In this document: piece after piece, positions 16,032-21,793 of the stretch
How the letters are laid out: the number at the start of each line of letters is the position of its first letter
How positions within the stretch are numbered: position 1 is the first letter of the stretch
Notes under the pieces: generated by a model
Seen by the model: only the letters and a program-made list of their open reading frames with translations
Told to the model about the DNA's origin: nothing
Databases searched by the model: none
Made by a program: the position numbers and the translations under genes
Assembly (NCBI RefSeq): GCF_000771745.2
Contig: NZ_JPSL02000038.1
Span: 100,024 to 132,023 of the forward strand
Origin: Thermus filiformis
GTDB lineage: Bacteria > Deinococcota > Deinococci > Deinococcales > Thermaceae
DNA length: 32,000 nucleotides
Reading direction: 5' to 3'

Positions 16032-16250
16032 AGCACTCTTATACCCGACCGCAGAGGGCCAGACTAACCGCCGCCGCAGGGTAGGCCAGTCTACCACACG
16101 ACCACAAGGGCCAGAATGGTTGACGGCCACGGCCCGCCCGAGGAGATTCTACCGCCCACCACTCACCGCCGGAGGCGGTAGACCCCACGCCGGGGGTCAT
16201 AGGGGCACCGGCCCCAGGCAACATGCGGGCAATGGCGCTTAGATTCGGCC
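16032..16250 (-). ncRNA. Candidate IS110 bridge-RNA (non-coding left end)
   Basis: Position is upstream of the recombinase, as in IS110/IS621. A 9-bp stem forms between TCTACCGCC (16148-16156) and GGCGGTAGA (16174-16182). GGCCAG(A/T)(C/A)T.. motifs recur. An exact 11-mer CAGACTAACCG at 16060-16070 matches the element's right end at 15065-15075. Confidence 0.3.
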
Positions 16251-16411
16251 ACCTGTTGAGCCAGAGGCCCAGGCATACCGCAGACCGGGCAACGCTTAGG
16301 AGCGCCAGAGGAAGCGGGACCAGTCCCAGCCCTCTTCAGGGGAAGCCTCTCCCTCACCTTCCAGAGGAGGAGGGCCAGGAGGAGGAGGAGAAGGAGGAGA
16401 GTCCAGCCCAT
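16163..16411 (-). CDS. small ORF with Leu-rich TM helix and Cys-rich tail; possibly the displaced C-terminus of Zot
   Basis: Sequence is MGWTLLLLLLLLALLLWKV.. then CPVCG..HCPH..CPY. It overlaps the zot 3' end by 116 nt in another frame and may run into the IS110 left end. Confidence 0.3.
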   Translation of the reverse strand: MGWTLLLLLLLLALLLWKVRERLPLKRAGTGPASSGAPKRCPVCGMPGPLAQQVAESKRHCPHVAWGRCPYDPRRGVYRLRR

Positions 16412-17279
16412 GCCCAGAGTCTACCGCCTCTTGCACCGAAGCAAACTTAGCCCGCAGGAGTTCATGAGGGGGAATCCCTTCCCGGTAGGCACGGGCAAGC
16501 TCAGGGAGGGTGAGGTAAGGAAGGCCGTCCAGAGGACCGGGAGCGTCCCGCCGAGCGGTGAGGCGGGAGGAGTCCCAGCGAAGACCCATGCGCTCAAAGA
16601 CCGCCCGGCGTTTAGGGTCCAGTTCTCTCTGGAGGCGGACTATAGGCGGTTCAAAAATGGCGTGCGTATCGTAGCAGGAAGCCGCCAGGGGGTCCAGGAT
16701 AACGACGGAGTTACGGGCCACGCCCTCAAAGATTGAGGAAGTTCTTTTCACCATCATTCCAAGACTTTCGTCCATTATGGAAGTGTAGCGGAGAACCTTC
16801 CGACCCCGAGCCCAGGGGAGGAGGAAGAGGACGAGCCAGGAAGGGGCAGGACGCGCCCAGTAGACGAAGGCCACCAGCTCACGCACGATAGCATCAACCG
16901 AGCCGTACCTTTGCGTAGCTAGGTAGACATCAACCCCGACCTTTCTATGTTGCGACCAGAAGGCGATAACCTCAACCGGGATAAGGTCAAACTGACGGGA
17001 GGGGAGCCACATATGGGCTTCATCAAAAAGCAGAACGCCGTCATGAACATTGAGGAGTTCGGAATAATCGTGGATTTCGTGAATCATATCGGTACGGAGG
17101 ACCGCCTCACGATGAGGAAGGCGCTTACGAGAACGCAAGTAGCGGTAGACATTCTCCCGGATGAAGCCGAAGTTTGCGTAGACCGGACGGGGACGGGGAA
17201 GGGCCAGAGCCTCAAGGCCCTTGAGGACCAGGGCGTAACTCTTACCCGACCCAGGAATGCCCACAAAAGCCTCAATCAC
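16296..17279 (-). CDS. zot: Zot/pI-like phage assembly P-loop ATPase
   Basis: The GTG at 17279 overlaps the upstream TGA (GTGA) and gives MIEAFVGIPGSGKSY (Walker A). Walker B is VLLFDEAHMW, followed by HRKVGVDVYLATQ. The C-terminal tail is poly-Pro. Confidence 0.8.
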   Translation of the reverse strand: MIEAFVGIPGSGKSYALVLKGLEALALPRPRPVYANFGFIRENVYRYLRSRKRLPHREAVLRTDMIHEIHDYSELLNVHDGVLLFDEAHMWLPSRQFDLIPVEVIAFWSQHRKVGVDVYLATQRYGSVDAIVRELVAFVYWARPAPSWLVLFLLPWARGRKVLRYTSIMDESLGMMVKRTSSIFEGVARNSVVILDPLAASCYDTHAIFEPPIVRLQRELDPKRRAVFERMGLRWDSSRLTARRDAPGPLDGLPYLTLPELARAYREGIPPHELLRAKFASVQEAVDSGHGLDSPPSPPPPGPPPLEGEGEASPEEGWDWSRFLWRS

Positions 17280-17710
17280 CGGCCACCCCGCAGGAAAGTG
17301 ATAAGCCGCCAAACGGCCATGAGGCCGTAGAAGCCGAGCCAGAGTTGAAAGGCCAAGAGCGCCTCGGAAATGGGCAGTATCTGATTCGCAAGGGAAAGGG
17401 CGGGGATAATCACGGAACCGCTCACAAGGTTAGTCCAGGAGGCGGGCATATCAGGGAGGAGGGAAACCAGGACGGAAAGGACAATGAAGGGGAGTTCTAC
17501 GATATGGCCCAGGAGCCAGAAGATAGCGACAAAGGCCCAGTTGAGGACATCAACAAGGCGATTCCACAGCCAAACCAGGGGGAGTTCAACGAGCCGAAGA
17601 ACCCACTCAGCAATGGCGCGGATAGTGGCAACGAGCCACGCGGCGAGATTCGCAAAGGTAGAGGCCAGCCATTGAAGGATATTGAGGAGCCCGCTTATTA
17701 TCGCACCCAT
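17276..17710 (-). CDS. phage multi-pass membrane protein, pVI-like by position (144 aa)
   Basis: About four hydrophobic helices. It lies directly upstream of zot and is translationally coupled to it. Confidence 0.6.
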   Translation of the reverse strand: MGAIISGLLNILQWLASTFANLAAWLVATIRAIAEWVLRLVELPLVWLWNRLVDVLNWAFVAIFWLLGHIVELPFIVLSVLVSLLPDMPASWTNLVSGSVIIPALSLANQILPISEALLAFQLWLGFYGLMAVWRLITFLRGGR

Positions 17711-17756
17711 AGCACCACCCCCTTAGTCTTCCCGCGCCCACCCCGCAACCTAGGGT

Positions 17757-17909
17757 AGGGGGGGCGGCACCCCGTCAAGGGCCGGAGGCCCCTCCGCCGC
17801 CCCCACACGCTGAAACCATCCGCAGTCCTCGCAGGGCTCCGGTTAGCGGACGGCAGGGATGGGGGCGGCTCCGGGGTTAGCACCCTTGACGGGGACCCCG
17901 CCGCCCCCC
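17757..17909. repeat. Pair of inverted GC-rich stem-loops in the phage intergenic region
   Basis: In arm 1, GGGGCGGC (17761-17768) pairs with GCCGCCCC (17796-17803). In arm 2, GGGGGCGGC (17861-17869) pairs with GCCGCCCCC (17900-17908). The arms are inverted copies of each other: CCCCGTCAAGGG near 17770 and CCCTTGACGGGG near 17883. Confidence 0.7.
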
Positions 17910-17959
17910 CTGGAGGAAGAGGCGAGGGTGGGCGCGGGGAAAATGGCGCGGGAAAGGAT

Positions 17960-19015
17960 TCACGAAACGACATCTAAGGCCCTCCTAATGGCGGTTATGC
18001 CGAAGACCACCCAGAAAAGGGCGGCGAGAATGGGGCGGAAGGTAGTACCGAGTTGCCAGAAGGGGGTATCGCAAATGTTGACCTGCCCCTGGACCGGGCC
18101 GACCGGGAAGGTGAAGGAGCATTGAGCAGAGTCCCCGGTAAACTGGACCCCGGTCATTATCGTAACGATAGCAAAGGGGAACTTGCGCGAAATGGTATCC
18201 CGAAGGTTGCGAATGCGCTGTTGAACCCGCTCTACGACTTGAGTTTGGAAGGTATTCCAAAGGCCCTCTTTCTCCTCAACTTTGGGCAACTCCTTAGCCT
18301 CGGGCACCTGGACCTCGGGCAACTGCACCGGGTCAAGTTTGCCGGGAGGAGGACCACCGGGCCATTGGGGTTCGTCCTTCTGTTCTTCCTGTTGAGGGGG
18401 TTCACCCTCGGGGTGAGAGTTAGGGTCTTTGGGGTCAGTACCCGCTGAAATCTCGGTGGAGTCAGGCCAGCCGTCCCCGTCCGAGTCGGGAGAAGAAGGA
18501 GAAGGCGGACGGACCGGATGAGATTTAGAGTCGTAGGGGTCAGTACCAGCCGTCAACTCCTCAAGGTTCGTGAAGCCGTCCCCGTCAGGGTCAGCGTAAG
18601 GGTCAGGGTGATTAGCCGGAACATTGATAAGGTCCACCCAGTCACGCCCAGAATAGTTTGCCTCTTTCCATTCTATAGAATCAGGCCAGCCGTCCCCGTC
18701 AGTATCCACATCAGGGCGAGTAAAGGGGTTGTCGGTCCATTGATTAGGGTTAGGGGTAGGTATCAACTCCACACCGGGCCAGGGAGAACGAGGAGAAGCA
18801 GGGGGGTGATTCTTCACATACTCCTCTGCCGCAGTACGGACGGGGGAAATAGCATCAGGGTGAGCCTCCAGCCAGTCTTTCAACTCGGGACGCTGAACAA
18901 TAGGAGCCCGAGCGTAGCAAGAGCGGTCAACAGGGCATTGAGGATAAGGAACCTGCCCCCAAGGATAAGAGCGATATTCGGGGTCAACATACCGCATGTA
19001 ATCCAGAACATACAT
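17960..19015 (-). CDS. pIII-like minor coat/adsorption protein candidate with thrombospondin-type-3-like Ca-binding repeats and C-terminal anchor
   Basis: Motifs DTDGDGWPD, DPDGDGFTNLEELTAGTDPYDSKSHP and DSDGDGWPDSTEISAGTDPKDPNSHP. There is a Pro/Glu linker and a C-terminal TM segment FRPILAALFWVVFGITAI. No signal peptide is present. Confidence 0.55.
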   Translation of the reverse strand: MYVLDYMRYVDPEYRSYPWGQVPYPQCPVDRSCYARAPIVQRPELKDWLEAHPDAISPVRTAAEEYVKNHPPASPRSPWPGVELIPTPNPNQWTDNPFTRPDVDTDGDGWPDSIEWKEANYSGRDWVDLINVPANHPDPYADPDGDGFTNLEELTAGTDPYDSKSHPVRPPSPSSPDSDGDGWPDSTEISAGTDPKDPNSHPEGEPPQQEEQKDEPQWPGGPPPGKLDPVQLPEVQVPEAKELPKVEEKEGLWNTFQTQVVERVQQRIRNLRDTISRKFPFAIVTIMTGVQFTGDSAQCSFTFPVGPVQGQVNICDTPFWQLGTTFRPILAALFWVVFGITAIRRALDVVS

Positions 19016-19035
19016 CGCCCTGTTCCACTCAGACG

Positions 19036-19554
19036 CTAAGTGCTCTCCCCCAAGATTTTCAACTCCACACCCCCTAGGGCCCTGAGGGCCTGGACCACCG
19101 CCTCCTTGAGCTCCTCAAGGCTCTCGTAGTGCCGCCGGGGCATCAGAAACCCCTTCACCCGCCGCCAGACGTTCTCCATGGGGTTCCGATGGGGGCTGTA
19201 CCGGGGCAGGTACCCCACCGCAAGCCCCCTCTCCCGCCACGCCCCCTTCCTGGCCTCCACCTCCTTGGACCGGTGGAACGGTGCGTTGTCCATGAATACC
19301 TTCAGAGGCTTGGTCAGAGCCTCAGAGACCCTGTCCAAATAGGCCCGCACCCCCTCCGACCGCACCGGCCCCTCCAAAACGGCAAAGTACAGCCGCTCCC
19401 CCTCCTTCCCCCGCACCAGATGCCCCACCACGTTCACCCGACCCAAAGAACCCCAGGCCCGGGGCACCGCCTTTGCCTCCCCTCTCCGACACCAGGCATA
19501 GGTGGGGGGAAGGGCCAGGGAAAACCCGCTCTCATCCAAGTACCCCACCTCCAT
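19036..19554 (-). CDS. IS630 family transposase, DDE catalytic part (orfB)
   Basis: Sequence includes MEVGYLDESGFSL..., VFMDNAPFHRS and YSPHRNPMENVW. The ATG overlaps the orfA stop (TGATG). The frame stays open upstream past an A4G5 slippery run. Confidence 0.8.
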   Translation of the reverse strand: MEVGYLDESGFSLALPPTYAWCRRGEAKAVPRAWGSLGRVNVVGHLVRGKEGERLYFAVLEGPVRSEGVRAYLDRVSEALTKPLKVFMDNAPFHRSKEVEARKGAWRERGLAVGYLPRYSPHRNPMENVWRRVKGFLMPRRHYESLEELKEAVVQALRALGGVELKILGEST

Positions 19555-20096
19555 CACCCCTTCCCGCGCCCCCTTTTGGCTTCCTCTTCCTCCTCTATAA
19601 AGGCCTGAACCTCCTCCGCGCTGGGCTTCCCTACGGGCACGTACCGCGTCCGCTTCCAGACGTACCCCATGGCCCTGAGGTGCCGGGAGATGACCTTGGG
19701 GGCCAGGCAGCCCCCAAACCGCTCCGCTATGGCCTGCGCCAGCTGAGGGGCGGTCCAGACCCGGTCCTCGGCCAGCCTCTCCCGCACAAAGGCCGCTATC
19801 TCCGGGGTGAATTTCCTGGGTGCTCCCGGGGGTTTCCGGTAGACGAGGCCCTTTGGGCCGGACCTTAGGAAGCGCTTTAGAACGTGATAGACGGTGGTGC
19901 GGTCCTTGTGGAAGTGCCGGGCGATCTGGGGGGCGGCCCAGCCTTCGCCCGCCAGGCGGACCATCATGGCCCAAAGGCGGGTCTTCTTGTGGACATGCGG
20001 GTTCAGGGAGAGCTCCAGCAGAAGCCGGTCCTCCTCCGGGGTCAGCTGAATCCGAAGAGGGGCTGCCATGTTGAGATGATAAAGGGTTGGCACTTA
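19037..20096 (-). mobile_element. IS630-family insertion sequence flanked by TA
   Basis: TA at 19037-19038 and 20095-20096. The imperfect terminal inverted repeats are AGTGCTCTCCCCC (left) and AGTGCCAACCC (reverse complement of the right end). It encodes HTH and DDE ORFs. Confidence 0.8.
19554..20069 (-). CDS. IS630 family transposase, N-terminal HTH part (orfA)
   Basis: Helix-turn-helix regions WAAPQIARHFHKDRTTVYHVLKRF and WTAPQLAQAIAERFG. Typical IS630 N-terminus. Confidence 0.8.
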   Translation of the reverse strand: MAAPLRIQLTPEEDRLLLELSLNPHVHKKTRLWAMMVRLAGEGWAAPQIARHFHKDRTTVYHVLKRFLRSGPKGLVYRKPPGAPRKFTPEIAAFVRERLAEDRVWTAPQLAQAIAERFGGCLAPKVISRHLRAMGYVWKRTRYVPVGKPSAEEVQAFIEEEEEAKRGRGKG

Positions 20097-20102
20097 GACG
20101 AC

Positions 20103-21137
20103 GTGCTCAGGCCCATCCACGGGGGGCCGGACGGGGGCCCGGAGCCCCTTTGGGACTTTTCCACCAACGCCAACGCCCTGGGGCCGAACCCCGTCCTCCT
20201 GGAACACCTCCGGCGGGTGGACCCCTCCCGCTACCCGGACCCCCTCTACCGGAGGCTGCGGGAGGCCCTGGCCGAGGCCCACGGGGTGCGGCCGGAGCAG
20301 GTGGCGGTGGGCACGGGGACGAGCGAGCTCATCCACCGGCTGGCCCGCTGGAGCTACCTGCGGGGGCCCTGGCTCCTCCTCCCCCCCACCTTCTCCGAGT
20401 ACGCCCGGGCGGCCCGGGCCCTGGACCTCCCCCTCTGGGAGGCGCGAAGCCCCGGGGAGTTTTTGGACCTCCTCCCCAGAAGCGCGGTGGCCTTCCTGTG
20501 CGTGCCCAACAACCCCACGGGGGAGGTCTACCCCTTCCTGGAGAAGGCGGTGAGGCGGGCGGGGGGAGTCTTGGTGCTGGACCTGGCCTACCACGACCTC
20601 CTGGAGTCCCCCGTCCCTCTTCCTGAGGGGGCCTTCCGGCTCTACAGCCCCAACAAGGCCCACGGCCTCACCGGGGTGCGCGCGGGGTACCTGGTGGCCC
20701 CGCTGGACCTCACCTACTTCCAGAACCTGGCCCCCTCCTGGCCGGTTTCCGCCTACGGGGAGGCCCTCCTCCTGGGCCAGCTGGACCCGGAGGCCCGCTC
20801 TTGGCTCGAGGCCAGCCGGCGCGAGCTCATCCGCCTGAGGGGGCTTTTGGCCGAGGGGCTAAGGGGGCTCGGCCTGGAGGTGCGGGAAAGCCCCGCCAAC
20901 TTCCTCCTGGTGCGGGTGGGGCGGGCCTCGGAGGTGGCCCGGGCCCTGCGGGCGCGGGGCATCCGGGTGCGGGACGCCACCAGCTTTGGCCTTCCCGAGT
21001 GGCTCCGCCTTTCCGCCCAGAAGGAGGAGGCCATAAGGGCCCTCCTCGCCGCCCTCGAGGAGGTCCTTGTAGACTTGGAGCGTGGAGCTCATGGCCTACC
21101 TGGAGGAGGCGGCGCGGCGGCTACGGGAGGCCTTTGA
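20103..21137 (+). CDS. cobD: threonine-phosphate decarboxylase / class I-II aminotransferase fold (CobD-like)
   Basis: Sequence includes (M)LRPIHGGPD.., NPNNPTG-like VPNNPTGEV and the PLP lysine motif YSPNKAHGLTG. It lies next to cobQ/cobU. A GTG at 20103 is my assumed start. The annotated longer ORF upstream is antisense IS630 sequence. Confidence 0.7.
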   Translation: MLRPIHGGPDGGPEPLWDFSTNANALGPNPVLLEHLRRVDPSRYPDPLYRRLREALAEAHGVRPEQVAVGTGTSELIHRLARWSYLRGPWLLLPPTFSEYARAARALDLPLWEARSPGEFLDLLPRSAVAFLCVPNNPTGEVYPFLEKAVRRAGGVLVLDLAYHDLLESPVPLPEGAFRLYSPNKAHGLTGVRAGYLVAPLDLTYFQNLAPSWPVSAYGEALLLGQLDPEARSWLEASRRELIRLRGLLAEGLRGLGLEVRESPANFLLVRVGRASEVARALRARGIRVRDATSFGLPEWLRLSAQKEEAIRALLAALEEVLVDLERGAHGLPGGGGAAATGGL

Positions 21138-21405
21138 CCTCGAGGCCCTCTACCTCTTCGGCTCCCACGCCCGGGGCACGGCCGGCCCCCGCTCGGACCT
21201 GGACCTCCTGGTGGTGGCGAGGACCTCCTTGCCCCCCCTGGAGCGCATCGGCCGGGTCCTGGAGCTTTTGGCCGACGCCCCCCTCCCCGTGGAGGCCATC
21301 GTCCTCACCCCCGAGGAGCTTAGGGAGCGCCGGGACCTCCCCTTCCTCCAGGGGGTTCTCCGGGAGGCGAAGCCCATCTATGAGCGTGGAGAAACGCCGG
21401 CTTGA
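21082..21405 (+). CDS. MNT-type nucleotidyltransferase (antitoxin of HEPN/MNT pair)
   Basis: GSHARGTAGPRSDLDLLVV matches the GSxxRGx(n)SDxDL motif. The start is either GTG at 21082 or ATG at 21091. It overlaps the cobD 3' end. Confidence 0.8.
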   Translation: MELMAYLEEAARRLREAFDLEALYLFGSHARGTAGPRSDLDLLVVARTSLPPLERIGRVLELLADAPLPVEAIVLTPEELRERRDLPFLQGVLREAKPIYERGETPA

Positions 21406-21793
21406 GGCCCTGCGCTGGCTCGCCCAAGCCCAGGACGACTGGGAGGCGGGCCAGGCCCTGCTGGAAGCGGGCAAGTACGCCCAGGCAGCCTTTCTCGCCC
21501 AGCAGGCGGGGGAAAAGGCGCTAAAAGGCCTCTGGATCGCCCTGGGCCTAGACCCATGGGGGCACAGCCTGGCCCGCCTCCTCCGGGACCTCCCCCCGGA
21601 GGAGGCCCCCTTTTTCCATCCCCTTTTGCCCCAGGCCCTGGCCTTGGACAAGCTCTATATCCCCACCCGCTACCCCGATGCCCTCCCTGGGCTCACTCCC
21701 AAGGAGGCCTACACGGAGGCGGAGGGCAGGAAGGCCTTGGAGGATGCCCGGGCCATCCTGGAAGCCGTGGAGGTGCGCCTTGCCCAGGGCTAA
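21380..21793 (+). CDS. HEPN domain protein (toxin of HEPN/MNT pair)
   Basis: 137 aa with A..L..A..D and YIPTRYPDA motifs. It overlaps the MNT gene by 26 nt. Confidence 0.8.
   Translation: MSVEKRRLEALRWLAQAQDDWEAGQALLEAGKYAQAAFLAQQAGEKALKGLWIALGLDPWGHSLARLLRDLPPEEAPFFHPLLPQALALDKLYIPTRYPDALPGLTPKEAYTEAEGRKALEDARAILEAVEVRLAQG

Larger units (their letters stand above)
15065..16250 (-). mobile_element. IS110-family insertion sequence (left-end boundary approximate)
   Basis: The recombinase gene has almost no 3' non-coding DNA and a high-GC 5' non-coding region. The right end must lie between the tnp stop (15069) and the pepA -10 (15054). The left end is estimated only from typical element size. 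Confidence 0.5.
16163..19036 (-). mobile_element. Fragment of an inovirus-like (filamentous) prophage: gIII-like, gVI-like, gI/zot-like
   Basis: GC content is visibly lower than the flanks. Gene order and content match the inovirus morphogenesis block. Replication, ssDNA-binding and major-coat genes are absent. The fragment is bracketed by IS110 and IS630 elements. Confidence 0.65.

Noticed and set aside
16032-16130. Longer IS110 transposase start at 16130 (353 aa)
   Set aside because: The extra 33 aa (MAVNHSGPCGRVVDWPTLRRRL..) are not part of the conserved DEDD N-terminus, which starts LFVGVDVAS a few residues after the ATG at 16031. A TATAAG box precedes that ATG.
17757-17909. dif/XerCD-type attP site within the phage hairpins
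   Set aside because: No AT-rich central region flanked by XerC/XerD-like arms is visible. The structure is almost pure G/C.
17698-17973. 91-aa ORF spanning the phage intergenic region
   Set aside because: Pro/Arg/Ser-rich translation with no RBS. It coincides with the GC-rich paired hairpins, which explain the open frame.
19884-20102. N-terminal 73 codons of the annotated 417-aa cobD ORF
   Set aside because: This stretch is the antisense strand of the IS630 transposase and its terminal repeat. The CobD-like sequence begins only at ..LRPIHGG.
19016-20102. Cobalamin riboswitch upstream of cobD
   Set aside because: The upstream DNA is occupied by the IS630 element, and I could not find a B12-box-like motif by eye. 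A covariance-model search (RF00174) would be needed to exclude one elsewhere.
20801-21379. N-terminal 193 codons of ORF 20801..21793
   Set aside because: This is a Gly/Pro/Arg-rich alternate frame of cobD and the MNT gene. Only the part from the ATG at 21380 has HEPN-like sequence.
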